Origin: Ignavibacteria bacterium
Lineage (GTDB): Bacteria > Bacteroidota > Ignavibacteria > Palsa-1295
DNA: 64,000 nt
Assembly: GCA_013287605.1 (NCBI GenBank)
Contig: JABDDM010000002.1
Location: 1,145 to 65,144, forward strand
Reading direction: 5' to 3'
Part shown: positions 1 through 10,800 of the stretch, in pieces
Layout of the letters: every line of letters starts with the position of its first letter
How positions within the stretch are numbered: position 1 is the first letter of the stretch
The notes under the pieces: generated by a model
Told to the model about the DNA's origin: nothing
The model's database searches: none
The model's input: only the letters and a program-made list of their open reading frames with translations
Program-made: the position numbers and the translations under genes

Positions 1-109
1 GCCCCGAGTCTAACGGAACAGCATATTTGTGCGGAGTGGGTCGATCGAACACCAGTTCGACTGTTCATTAAAGAACCCCCAGCTTTGAGGGTATATAACA
101 AAGGGCAAT

Positions 110-706
110 GTGTTCACAGGACTAATTGAAGAACTCGGCACACTCGTTGACCGAAAGACAGAGGGAACTTCTGTGCGTCTACAAATTGAGGCACAAAAGG
201 TGCTCTCAGACCTGAAAATCGATGATTCTATTTCGGTTAACGGTTGCTGTCAGACAGTCGTACGCGTAGAGCCGTCCGTTTTTGAAGTCATTGCAGTCGG
301 GGAGACTCTCCAAAAAACGACACTCGGATCATTGAAAATTGGTGCAGCACTTAACTTGGAGCGGGCCGCTACCTTAGAGACACGTTTAGGCGGTCATCTT
401 GTACAAGGTCATGTCGACGGCGTCGCTCGAGTTAGCGCAATAAACTCGCTCGACGGAAGTTGGGAATATTACTTCGAGATCCCTGAGGCTTTCATTCGGT
501 ATATCGTGCCGGTTGGATCGATCGCTATCAACGGTGTCAGCCTGACAGTCGCAAATATCGAGTCAAGAACGATCAAGGTGGCGGTCATACCGCACACCCA
601 CGCTGTCACCAATTTCAAAGACCTTCGTCCCGGCGATGAGGTCAACATCGAGACCGATGTGATCGCAAAGATGGTCGAGCGGTTTGTCGAACGAAGAGCA
701 GAATAG
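110..706 (+). CDS. ribE: riboflavin synthase alpha subunit
   Basis: Translation starts MFTGLIEELG and carries the two lumazine-binding repeats typical of riboflavin synthase. The full-length ORF of 198 aa starts at an ATG. Confidence 0.9.
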   Translation: MFTGLIEELGTLVDRKTEGTSVRLQIEAQKVLSDLKIDDSISVNGCCQTVVRVEPSVFEVIAVGETLQKTTLGSLKIGAALNLERAATLETRLGGHLVQGHVDGVARVSAINSLDGSWEYYFEIPEAFIRYIVPVGSIAINGVSLTVANIESRTIKVAVIPHTHAVTNFKDLRPGDEVNIETDVIAKMVERFVERRAE

Positions 707-880
707 AGTTTTGAGGACTATCGAACTTTGTGTTGATGGAGCCGGGAGTCACCCGGGGAGACGGTAGCCAGAAGGTAACGAGCGAGAACAGCGTAGTTTG
801 CCGAGCCACAGGTAGCACCACTAGCTCACAAAGAGTTTTTTTGAATGTCGCATTCTTCATATTGCAGTTAGGATCGCACC

Positions 881-2539
881 ATGTCTAAAGGCGGAGCGGG
901 AAAAGTATATTTCATTCTTTACCTTGCAGTTCTACTCGAACTGCTGATCATTATCGTCGAACGCGATGACGCAGAAGACGAACTTAAAAAGGAAAAATTA
1001 GCGCTTGAACAAAAGAGCAAGCGAATTCAATTGATCGCCGAGACGATCATCAATTCGCTTCGCGGAAGTGCCACTTCCGTTAGCTCGACCTCGGATCAGA
1101 GCATGATCCTTGGAGACCCAAAGGAGCTGGAACGCCAGTTCTCCGTGCGCGTCCGCGTTGCAGATCCTTTCCGCGATTCGGTCAAGGAGCTCGATCTCCA
1201 CATCCTCCGCAACAATCAGGAGATGTCTGTCTCCAATATCGCCTCCGATTCCGTGCTCTATCCACGAACACATTCAGGCCAGGATTATACGTTCCGATAT
1301 AATTTCAAGCCGACGTTTGGAGCAGGTGAATACAAGCTTCATTTCGATGCCCGTACGAATCAGGTCGTTGGCGTAACGCCGGAAGCGGGTGTCAATGACA
1401 CAGTCAAGATCGGCGCTATCCACTTGACTGTTGGCGAATTGAGAGAAGTGAAAGACGGTATCGTCGAAAATGTACCGCTGAGAGGTTACATCGATTCTCT
1501 CTTGAGCGGCAATTACATGAATTTCGCGACGAACGTAGGTTCGAACGAATTCACTGTGAACGTGCAGCCTCCGAAGAACCCAGTCTACGATCAGCTTTCG
1601 GTATTCCCCGAAGAGAATGATTTTGCAGCGTTCCCAACGCTGGAGCTGCCAAATCCTTTGAAGATTCAGGGTGCAGAAGCAAGTAAGGTTGAAATTATCC
1701 AGACTGAGGGTAAGGGACAAATCGTTAAGGTCGATACCAACTGGGTATGGACATGGAAACCCAGTGCGATCGATGTCGGAACAACTGGCACCGTAAAGTT
1801 CTCAGCCAATGCTAAACGAGGCGGCGGTGCGAAGGACATTGCACAGGGAAGCTTCTCGTATAAGGTTGATAAATTGGAGCCTGCTATCCCATCGCGGTTC
1901 TATCCTGAGAATTCGAAGACGCATGCAGGTCTCCCCTATAGCGGAATCGTATTCAAGGCAAATGGTAAAAAGGCTAAGCTGGATGGCAGCTACAGAATGG
2001 AGCTTTATCTTGCTAACGCCAAAGTAGCTTCGAGCAACGAGCCCACCATTGAATATACCCCAGTCTTCACGCAAGACGAGGGTAAGAAGCTTGAGGTTCG
2101 TACTTATTACAAGTCGGCCTTCATGAAGGATTATATTCAGTTGCAGGATACCACACTTACAGTTCAGCCACCGCCATTGAAAGTTGCCCAATCTGATGAT
2201 CTTCAAGTCGGGGATCCATTGGATATCAGAGTTGCCCTCGGTATTGCAGGTGCCTACAGAGAAGTCGGAGCCGATCACGTTGACATCGAATCCGGTGGTT
2301 ATTTCGAGAACAGCGCCAAAAAACAAATTACTGATAAGGTCGGAAATAACTTCAACTTCGAGGCCAAGATGACAAGCAAAGCGATGAATATTCGCAGCAA
2401 GGCCGGACAAGTTGTGAACTACACGGTATCCGACCCCATCACCCATCAGAGCTTTAGTGCACAGCTCACTATAACACCGAAACAAAAGGCCAGCGGTCGT
2501 CCGGGAGTACCGGCAGTTGGGAGTGGTGGTATACATTAA
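881..2539 (+). CDS. hypothetical membrane-anchored protein with one N-terminal TM helix, a coiled-coil region and a large periplasmic domain; faint resemblance to the GldM/PorM N-terminus
   Basis: 552 aa ORF. The N-terminus has a hydrophobic helix (VYFILYLAVLLELLIIIV) followed by charged coiled-coil-like sequence. It is the first gene of a tightly spaced four-gene plus-strand cluster. The function is an inference only. Confidence 0.45.
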   Translation: MSKGGAGKVYFILYLAVLLELLIIIVERDDAEDELKKEKLALEQKSKRIQLIAETIINSLRGSATSVSSTSDQSMILGDPKELERQFSVRVRVADPFRDSVKELDLHILRNNQEMSVSNIASDSVLYPRTHSGQDYTFRYNFKPTFGAGEYKLHFDARTNQVVGVTPEAGVNDTVKIGAIHLTVGELREVKDGIVENVPLRGYIDSLLSGNYMNFATNVGSNEFTVNVQPPKNPVYDQLSVFPEENDFAAFPTLELPNPLKIQGAEASKVEIIQTEGKGQIVKVDTNWVWTWKPSAIDVGTTGTVKFSANAKRGGGAKDIAQGSFSYKVDKLEPAIPSRFYPENSKTHAGLPYSGIVFKANGKKAKLDGSYRMELYLANAKVASSNEPTIEYTPVFTQDEGKKLEVRTYYKSAFMKDYIQLQDTTLTVQPPPLKVAQSDDLQVGDPLDIRVALGIAGAYREVGADHVDIESGGYFENSAKKQITDKVGNNFNFEAKMTSKAMNIRSKAGQVVNYTVSDPITHQSFSAQLTITPKQKASGRPGVPAVGSGGIH

Positions 2540-2653
2540 ATAAAGGCAGCTCTGTAGCCGAATGAGGATATTCCGATCCCTACAAAAATGAACTCTGGGC
2601 AAATTGCAGCCAAGATGGTAAACCATATGACAATATCGATTTCTCTCAGTACG

Positions 2654-4336
2654 ATGGCCAAACGAATCACGCTGGGAAGCATCCTGGCGGCATCCATTAC
2701 ATTTATCAGTGTTTCCGCATTCGCGCAACCACTTGTGGACTCTTTGAAAGCGCTTCAACTGCGTAATGATAAGATGTACAGGACGTTGAACGCGATGGAT
2801 GATAAGGGTGCCTCATATCAGTTCACTAATGTCACCGCTTGGCATATCGTTGATCCTGATCTGTTCGATCTCATCAAGCGAGTCTACGTGGATCAGTACG
2901 GCCAGAAACAATTGAAGGATTTCGATATTCAGGACGTCTACCTCTTCGCAGCTCCTGGCAGCGGTGAGAATTTTGAGCCGTTCCATGTCTTGTTCATGGG
3001 TAAGCGCGTCAAGACCGACACGGCTGGAGGCTCTGACGTCGATCCATTCTTTGGAGGGGCAAAGAGAAAGAATACAAATGAGAAGATCCCGATTGCGTTC
3101 AAGGGCAAAGATGTTGTGCGCTTGATGCATCGCCAGCCAGCGCTGCTCGAGCAGATCAATGCAATCCAGGGTGAGATCGTTGAATTGCCTGGAGATATTC
3201 TGCCCAGTGGAGTTCAATTGATCAAATCTTCTGCACAGCGTTACATCTACCATCAGATGTTCGAAGGCTTCTACGCGAAGCGCCAGATTATTGATGAACA
3301 AAATCGAGCGCTTGGGCTGCCAACGAGTGATGAATCGTTTGGAACAGCGGATACAACGGCTGCCCTGATCGCAGGAGCGAATCCGGATGTCATTCCCAGA
3401 GATCCTGAATCCTCAGCCGCACTTCCTGACGAACAATTGGCCGCTCGCGCATTCAAGTATGGGAAGACGATCGACCTATCGATGAATCATTTGCTGGTCA
3501 ATGTCTCGCGCAATACGGCGGTCGAGCTCCAGCTTGGCAACCCCGAGGTCGGACTTCCATTCTGGAGCTCTGGCGAAGGCAGGCTTTGGCTCGTCTTGAA
3601 AAACCAGATCGGCACCGAGAGTAACTTTAAGCTCGGATTCGACTTCCCTGCAAATCTTGGTCGCGATGGAGCGGCGATCTTCCAGGCTCGAAAGCTATCT
3701 GGCTTTTTTGGTGGATCGATCGACGCTTACTTTGCGGGCATCGACTTTTTCAGCGCATTCAACATGCCACTTGCACTGAATTTCTCCATCCTGCCGGCTG
3801 GTGGGTACAATTCCAGCATTATCTACAATGGTGGTTACCCGACAGTCAATCCCAAAGCCGCAGATGGCATTCATGATTATATCGTAAAGCCAGGCCGCAC
3901 ATTTTTCCGTACTGCATTGGTTGGCCAGCTTTACATTCCGATCATCGTTCAGCTCGACCCCGCGAACTTCATCCAGTTTTCAGCCGGCGTCGGCATTCAC
4001 ACCGTCTATCGTTCGTGGATTCCCGATTCGAGCGATGCAGATTTCCGCGCCAATGGCGGCCATCCGATCGATGCGAGCCTGGTCGACAAAGTGCAGGATC
4101 TGGACCGAGTCTCTACTCCTGTAACACCACATGTGGGTCTGGAATACGTCAATCACCGCTCGAGCAAGTTCGGGCTTAATCTGTACTACGATCACTTGTT
4201 TACCTTCGGCGGATGGATCGAACTGATTGAAGATCATCTCCGAATCGAGACAAGCTACACGGCGCCACTCGTCCGCGATGCGAAGCCATACGAGCCTTCG
4301 TACTTCTTCCAAATTACACCGCGCATTTATTTCTAA
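2654..4336 (+). CDS. hypothetical exported protein, possibly an outer-membrane beta-barrel
   Basis: An internal ATG at 2654 gives a classic signal peptide (MAKRITLGSILAASITFISVSAFAQ). The protein ends in an aromatic residue (…RIYF), as many outer-membrane proteins do. The ORF track begins at 2588, but that start lacks a signal-like N-terminus. Confidence 0.55.
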   Translation: MAKRITLGSILAASITFISVSAFAQPLVDSLKALQLRNDKMYRTLNAMDDKGASYQFTNVTAWHIVDPDLFDLIKRVYVDQYGQKQLKDFDIQDVYLFAAPGSGENFEPFHVLFMGKRVKTDTAGGSDVDPFFGGAKRKNTNEKIPIAFKGKDVVRLMHRQPALLEQINAIQGEIVELPGDILPSGVQLIKSSAQRYIYHQMFEGFYAKRQIIDEQNRALGLPTSDESFGTADTTAALIAGANPDVIPRDPESSAALPDEQLAARAFKYGKTIDLSMNHLLVNVSRNTAVELQLGNPEVGLPFWSSGEGRLWLVLKNQIGTESNFKLGFDFPANLGRDGAAIFQARKLSGFFGGSIDAYFAGIDFFSAFNMPLALNFSILPAGGYNSSIIYNGGYPTVNPKAADGIHDYIVKPGRTFFRTALVGQLYIPIIVQLDPANFIQFSAGVGIHTVYRSWIPDSSDADFRANGGHPIDASLVDKVQDLDRVSTPVTPHVGLEYVNHRSSKFGLNLYYDHLFTFGGWIELIEDHLRIETSYTAPLVRDAKPYEPSYFFQITPRIYF

Positions 4337-4381
4337 AGAAGAGCGCGTCTTTACACGTTGAACTTTTAACGACCGACGACA

Positions 4382-5767
4382 ATGTCAGTATTGAACAAAT
4401 CTCTTCTCTGGAATCTGCCCGGCTTAGTTGTGGCCGGTCTGCTAGCGCTCACGGTGCAAACCGCGGAAGCCCAGGCGCAGCCCAACCAGGGCCAGCAAGG
4501 CATCTCGCCACAGAGCAACTGGGCCGATTCGCTTCGGATGGCACGTGCCGAGAACGAGTCGCTTACGCGAATTCTGCAGGCGGTCGAATCGATCGATACA
4601 GCCCGGCAGAACGAGCTCATCCAGTGGATCATCACCGACCGTAACATTCGCAGCCGAGTTATTTCGGCGCTTCGCAAGGCGGGAAAATCCATTTCCCCGA
4701 ACTCGGTCGCTGAGCTTACGGTAACTCAAAAGCCGCCGACCGCGGATTCTCCTGACCCAGACAACATGCAGTTGCTCCGTCTGGTGATTGAATCGATCGG
4801 TGTCTATGGAGAACCCAATATTCGGCGCATCCTGGGTCAGGATCTTTACACGAAGATTCAAGGCCGTCAGGGTTACGAATACACGCTCATCTCGACTGAG
4901 CCTGCGCAGCAGAAGATCCAGTTCGTCTATCTGGACGCTTCGCTCTTCGGCGGACAAATCATCTTTAAGTCAGGTTTTGGTTTTGGTCTTCGCGTCGGTA
5001 ACGACTATGTTGGCTATCCATTCTGGCTGCCCGGCACCCTCGGCACGTTCGGCATCCTTCGTCGTGGCACGACGGATTTCAAGATCGGTCTTGAATGGCC
5101 ACTGGGCGAATCAGGTGTGGCTCCATTTACGATCACCGGTGGCATGAAGATCAAGGAGCGCAAGCTTGAAGGTGTGATGACCTTCGCAACCGCCATCGAT
5201 CAGGACCTTGGGCTTCTGAGCGAGCAGTCGGGCAAACTTCACTTCGGTGCGGATTTTCTTACCGGCTTCAACCCAACCATCTCGACGTTTTCGAGCCGCG
5301 CAACGCTACAGCCGCAGTTCCGCACAAGCTATATTTCGAATCAATTCCCTGGCACGCTGAAGGACAGCTTGTTCTACCTGCAACTCTCTGCTCATGCCTG
5401 GGTGACGTATAAACTAACGACATTCCTTCGTGGCGCGTATATTTCAGTCGGCGCCGGCACCCACAGGATCAACGCAGTTACGATCGGACAAAAGACTGAC
5501 CCTGCAAGCCAGGATGTCGTAAATGCCGCGACATTCAGCTTCTTCGATCCGCTTATCAAAGTCGGTTACGTACACACTGGCGATGCTGGTGACGAATATG
5601 GCATGAGCCTGCAGTATTGCAATACGCTGCTTGCCGACGGCTTTGTGAAGCTCTTCCCATGGCTTCAGCTTGAAGTCAAGTACGCTGCTGTAGTTGGCCG
5701 CGACCCGGAAAAGTGGGAATGGAAAGATTATGTAATGGTCTCGCCGAAGATCATCTTCAATTTCTAA
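4382..5767 (+). CDS. hypothetical exported protein, possibly an outer-membrane beta-barrel
   Basis: Signal peptide ending …TAEAQAQ. Alternating hydrophobic stretches. C-terminal …IIFNF with a terminal Phe. 461 aa. Confidence 0.55.
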   Translation: MSVLNKSLLWNLPGLVVAGLLALTVQTAEAQAQPNQGQQGISPQSNWADSLRMARAENESLTRILQAVESIDTARQNELIQWIITDRNIRSRVISALRKAGKSISPNSVAELTVTQKPPTADSPDPDNMQLLRLVIESIGVYGEPNIRRILGQDLYTKIQGRQGYEYTLISTEPAQQKIQFVYLDASLFGGQIIFKSGFGFGLRVGNDYVGYPFWLPGTLGTFGILRRGTTDFKIGLEWPLGESGVAPFTITGGMKIKERKLEGVMTFATAIDQDLGLLSEQSGKLHFGADFLTGFNPTISTFSSRATLQPQFRTSYISNQFPGTLKDSLFYLQLSAHAWVTYKLTTFLRGAYISVGAGTHRINAVTIGQKTDPASQDVVNAATFSFFDPLIKVGYVHTGDAGDEYGMSLQYCNTLLADGFVKLFPWLQLEVKYAAVVGRDPEKWEWKDYVMVSPKIIFNF

Positions 5768-5790
5768 TGCAAGCCGATCTGGCGAATTTC

Positions 5791-5822
5791 ATCCCCCGAC
5801 TTATTCGGGGGATTTTTTTTGT
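5791..5822 (+). terminator. rho-independent terminator
   Basis: Hairpin ATCCCCCG-ACTTATTC-GGGGGAT followed by a T8 run, immediately after the stop of the 4382..5767 gene. Confidence 0.65.
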
Positions 5823-5890
5823 CTGAGGGCCACAGCGGGCACAAACTAGAGTAGCATTCCATTAGCCTTACTGTTACATTATTGCAATTC

Positions 5891-7228
5891 ATGCTCAAAC
5901 GCGCACTCGCACTTTCGGTCGTTGTTTGCCTTGTTTGTTCCAGTCAACTTTTTGCGCAGCAGAAGGAGACGGCCAAGCTGCGCGATGCATCAAAGCGGCC
6001 TGCGCGTTACGGACTGCAGTCAGTCAAAGGTGATGCGCTGTTCGATATCAAAGATGTCGATATCACCCACTTCCCGGAAATGAGCGTCATCTTTTCCGCG
6101 GTCAACAATCGCAACCAGTTTATTCGGACGCTGAAAAAAGACGATGTTCTTCTGGTCGAGAATGGTCAGAAACGCCCAATCATCTCGCTCGATCTTATCA
6201 GCGCCCAAAACCGGGTACCGATTGACATCGTTTTTGTCATCGATCAAACCGCGAGCATGCGCGACATGATCGCGACCGTCAAGCAGAGTGTCATTTCGTT
6301 TGCGGATCAATTACGCAGGCATGGTTCCGATTTTCGACTAGGCATGGTGCGCTTCGGAGATGCGGTCGAATGGGTGAGCCCAGAACTCACAGACGACGCC
6401 GTGACATTCGAAAAATGGGTTGCCGCAGTTGAAGCCAGCGGCGGCGGTGATGTGAAGGAGAATGCACTCGAAGGCCTTCACGCTGTGGCTTCCATGCCAC
6501 TTCGACGCATCGCTATACGCATGGCCGTGCTCATCACCGATGCGCAGTGCCATCTTGCGGGCGAGCATGGAGATGGTACTACCGACTTCACAATGCACTC
6601 CATGGGAGATTTTCTCTACGAGCGTGAAGTCCGTCTGCTTACCGTCACCCCACCCGAATTTCCGGAATATCATGATCTTGCGACACTCACCGAAGGTGCA
6701 AGTTTCGACCTTGGAAGGAGCTTCGACAACGTGCTTGGAGATCTCGTCCAGGACATCACGAGTCTCTACTCACTGAAGTATTTATCGCAGTCAACACTTG
6801 CGCCGGACTCAGTCCGCATCGATATTCTTCGTTCGGAAGACCGCTCCCCTCTCGCCTCACGCAAGTTGATTGCCCTTGAACCTGGCCGTCGGTTTGTGTT
6901 CGAAGATCTTCTCTTTGGTGCAAACCAGGCCTCGCTTGCTTCTGAGTTTGTCCCTGAACTTGAACGCGTCGTCCGGCTGATGCACGTGCGCCCTACTATG
7001 CGTGTCCGGATCGAGGGACATGCCGATTCAACCGGTTCTGAGGAGCTCAACATGCGACTCTCCCAGGAGCGAGCCGAAGCGGTAAAGCATTATCTGATCA
7101 CTTCAGGAATCCAGCCTGAGCGTCTGGAGACCGTTGGCTATGCTGCTTCGCGTCCGCTTGCTTCGAATGCAACTGAAGAAGGAAGACGCGCGAATCGGCG
7201 AATCGAGTTTCTGATCCTGGTGAAATGA
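5891..7228 (+). CDS. von Willebrand factor A domain protein with a C-terminal OmpA-like peptidoglycan-binding domain
   Basis: Signal peptide MLKRALALSVVVCLVCSSQLFAQQ. vWA-like core (VFVIDQTASMRD). C-terminal OmpA motif (RVRIEGHADSTGSEELNMRLSQERAEAV…RRIEF). The ORF track start at 5882 is a TTG; the ATG at 5891 is preferred. Confidence 0.8.
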   Translation: MLKRALALSVVVCLVCSSQLFAQQKETAKLRDASKRPARYGLQSVKGDALFDIKDVDITHFPEMSVIFSAVNNRNQFIRTLKKDDVLLVENGQKRPIISLDLISAQNRVPIDIVFVIDQTASMRDMIATVKQSVISFADQLRRHGSDFRLGMVRFGDAVEWVSPELTDDAVTFEKWVAAVEASGGGDVKENALEGLHAVASMPLRRIAIRMAVLITDAQCHLAGEHGDGTTDFTMHSMGDFLYEREVRLLTVTPPEFPEYHDLATLTEGASFDLGRSFDNVLGDLVQDITSLYSLKYLSQSTLAPDSVRIDILRSEDRSPLASRKLIALEPGRRFVFEDLLFGANQASLASEFVPELERVVRLMHVRPTMRVRIEGHADSTGSEELNMRLSQERAEAVKHYLITSGIQPERLETVGYAASRPLASNATEEGRRANRRIEFLILVK

Positions 7229-7845
7229 TCGGGCGTTCTCAACGCACAACTTCAATGAAGCTCACCGCAGATCAAATCCTGTATGCCTATCGTCAGGGAT
7301 TTTTTCCGATGGCTTCCGGCCGGAACGGACACATTAAGTTTTGTGCCTTCCCGGTTCGAGGAATCGTCCCACTTGATGACCGATTCAAAGTACGCAGGTC
7401 GGTTCGTCAGGCAGAGCGAAAAGAACAATTTCGAGTAACCTTTGACACGAGCTTCGCGGATGTGATCAATGCTTGTGCGCGTCACGTCACCTTGCCAGAG
7501 GAAGAGATCTGGTTGAGCGAGGAGTTGATCCCGTTTTATCTGGAGTTGCATGAGCGCGGCATTGCGCATTCCGTTGAGGTCTGGAAGAAAGGGCTACTCG
7601 TTGGAGGACTCTACGGTTTGCATCTCGGAAGTGCGTTCCTTGGGGAGTCGATGTTCTCGAACGTTGCCTACGCTTCACAGGTCGCACTCGTACATCTGGT
7701 CGAGCGGCTGCGAGAGAAACAATTCGAACTGCTTGATGCCCAGATGGCTACTGAGCACCTAAAGCAGTTCGGATTGTATGAAGTCTTGCACAAGGATTAT
7801 CTCGATCTCCTTCGACCGGCGCTCCTTGAACATCGAGAGTTCTAA
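7225..7845 (+). CDS. aat: leucyl/phenylalanyl-tRNA--protein transferase
   Basis: Conserved L/F-transferase motifs (…FPVRGIVPLD…, GESMFS). 206 aa. The start overlaps the upstream stop (ATGA). Confidence 0.9.
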   Translation: MIGRSQRTTSMKLTADQILYAYRQGFFPMASGRNGHIKFCAFPVRGIVPLDDRFKVRRSVRQAERKEQFRVTFDTSFADVINACARHVTLPEEEIWLSEELIPFYLELHERGIAHSVEVWKKGLLVGGLYGLHLGSAFLGESMFSNVAYASQVALVHLVERLREKQFELLDAQMATEHLKQFGLYEVLHKDYLDLLRPALLEHREF

Positions 7846-7863
7846 GTCGACGCGCTCCTTGGC

Positions 7864-10800
7864 TTACCTTGAGATGATCATCTTTTTCACCATCGGCTTT
7901 TGATCGCCTGCGGTGAATTCGTAAAAGTATACGCCATTTTGCAACTCGTTTGTCCTGACGAGCACGCTATACCGGCCTTGTGCAAATGAATGTTGATCGA
8001 CTGGACGCAACACTTCGCGCCCGGACACATCAACCACGCGGATCGAAATCTGGGTGTTATCATGCGCCACATCAAATGTGATGGACGTATGATGTGAACC
8101 TCCGACAGGATTCGGCGAATTCTGCTGCACGAACGTGCCCTGGACATCGCCCGTTTGAAGATGCGTACTTCCGCAGGACGAATCAACGACGATCATCCCA
8201 CTCACCGTAAGTGGTGCAACCTGGTTCGTATTGAAGAACTGGAAGCTTGTGTGCTTCAGCTCTGTCTTCCCGCCGATCGTCGCATCCTTGTTGATCATGA
8301 ACGTCACACGCAGCAGCACCCCTGCTTGTGTCAACGGATCGATCGGATCGCGAAGGTCGTAATGCACTGACTCAATTGTCTGAGCGCTGCTATTCGTAGT
8401 CGTCAGCGTCCAATTTGAATTCGAAACATCGCCGCCTTTTTCGATCTTCACCAACTGCGCGATTGTCGTATCGAACGTAAACGTACCCGAGAGTTCGTGC
8501 ACATTTGCACTCACAGCAATCGGTGTCCGGAGACGAAGTTCTTCATAGACCATGTCACCAGGACGAGCAAGGTAGTTTCCGAATGCAATCTGCGTGGCAT
8601 TCGGGGCTTTGTCAAGTTCGGTAAGCCCAAGCGGGAAGGTTGAATTGTCGTCAAGCGTGAATGTCAGAGTCGCAGTGCGTGGCGTCAACTGCAGCGGCGA
8701 ACTCGCGAGGAACGTTGATGCGAGCGGAATTGAATCTCCCGGATGCAATGTGAAGCTTGTCGGAATGGAGCTGAAATCGAAATCTGTCATGTTCGGTCCA
8801 GCGATCGAGACACCGGTCACGACCAGATCCCAATCGCCGGCATTGACCAGCATCGTATTCTGCGAACTGCTGCCGCCGACAAATTGACTTCCAAAATCCA
8901 GCGTTGCCTGCGCAAGTTGTGCAATCGGCGCTACACCGATACCATTGATCACGACCGTATCATTCTTCATGTCACCACCAACTGCTTCAAGCTTGGATTG
9001 GAACACGCCGCGCTGCATGGGACTGAAGGTAATATGGATCGGTTGTGTGGTCCGTGTCGGAACGACGATTGTACCAGTAGCATCGAGCGAGAACGGTGGC
9101 GTCTGTGGCTGAAGCGAAATCGACTTCACTGTGAGCGGGGTGCTGGACGTATTGACCAGGCTGACCGTCTGCATTGCAGATTTGAACACGCGTACCTTAC
9201 CGAAATTGATATACGTTGAATCCAGGACAAGTTTACGATATTCATCTCTTCCGATGAGACGGATCGTATCGGTCAGGCCGTCGTCATACGTGAAGACGAG
9301 ATCCGCCGAATGAAGAAGTCGCGGCACATTTGGCGAGAAGGTGATCGTATAGTCAGACTTCGCACCGATCCAGATGCTGTCAGTTGAGGTCGAACCAGAG
9401 CCTGTCGCAATCGAAAACTCGTTATTGGCATCATTGACAATCGCAAACGATGTTTTCAAATACCAGTCACCGGCGTTTGTCAGGGTCAGCGTCTTTGACG
9501 AGGTCCCGGGCATCACAACAAGGCCGCAGTCGACTACTCTTGTAGAGAAGGTAGGAACAGGTGCAGCACCAACACCGAGCAAGAGCACGGAGTCTGGTTT
9601 GATATCGCCATCACGCGCGTGCAAATACCCTGTAAATGAACCGCGAACCGGCGGCTGAAAATAGATTGCTACATTCGATGTGTCCTGCGCCCGAACGGTC
9701 GAGACGGTGTCGCCAACGGTAAACGCCGTCCCAGTCTGCGAAATACTAATGTTGCCTACATGCAAAATCGCATTTGACCCATTGGAGAAGATGGCCTGGC
9801 GCAAGGCTCTTGTTTTGACGCGTACGTTGCCGAAGTCGATCGACTTCTGAGCAAACTGGATGTACTGCGATTGCTCGCGCCCGAGCAGCACTACCCTCCC
9901 CCTCGAGCTGTCTGTATACGTGATCGAAAGCAGCGCCTGATGCAGCATTCCGGTCTTTGCATTCGTTACAAACGTTACGGCCAGACTTGTATCGCGGCCC
10001 GCCGGTATTCTAAATGCCGAGCGAGGCGTCGCTGCTGTAATTGTAAAATCCTTTTGGTCAGGACCAGTGATCTCCAGATGTGCAACACGCAATTCGAAAT
10101 CGCCGGTGTCCGAAAGTACGGTAAAGAGCGTCGAAGGAATTCCAGCAGGATGAATGCCAAAATCCAGCGTATCGAGGCTCAACCTCGGATACGCCATTGC
10201 GCCGAAGCCAACAAGATAGACCGAATCCATCTGACCATTGACGATCGTATGAAGCCAGGCGGCCACCGGGCCATGGACGCGCGGTGTGAACGATACCTCG
10301 ATCGAATCCTTCTGAAACGAACTCAGCGTTAACGGCGCATAAGGTACCTGGAACGGAGCGCTTAGGGGAATGATATATGGACGCGTGACGATCGGCAGCA
10401 CTACATTACCATTATTGCGTATCGAAACAGTATCCGTCTTCGTTGCGCTGACTTCCACTTTCCCAAAGTCGATCAGATCGCGACCTAAAAATACCTTCGG
10501 TTCAATTTCGTAGCCGTCGAGATTGACATACTGCGCACTCTTGTCGTCGTAATCAAACTCGAGCCATGCCTGCCGCTGACCTTCAGGTCCGGTACCAGGC
10601 GCAAAGCTGATGTTAAAATTGATCGATGAATCAACATCGAGCAGGAAGCTGGTCAGATTCGGCGAGTATTGGTATGCGGAAGCGTTTGGACCGTGGAGTC
10701 CAGCACTGACTACCGTCGCCGTCATGTTGCCTTTGTTCGTAAGAGTAACGGTCTTCGTGACACGATCGCCTCGTCGAACATTTCCATAACTGAGCGATGT

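Noticed and set aside
1-109. FMN riboswitch (RFN element) upstream of ribE
   Set aside because: Only 109 nt are available, and I could not recognise the conserved RFN core (…GGATGGGAGAAG… / …CCGACAGTGAAAGTC…). ribE is also often not the riboswitch-controlled rib gene.
2588-2653. Longer N-terminus (MNSGQIAAKMVNHMTISISLSTM…) for the 2588..4336 ORF
   Set aside because: The internal ATG at 2654 yields a canonical signal peptide. The extension would bury it behind 22 non-signal residues.
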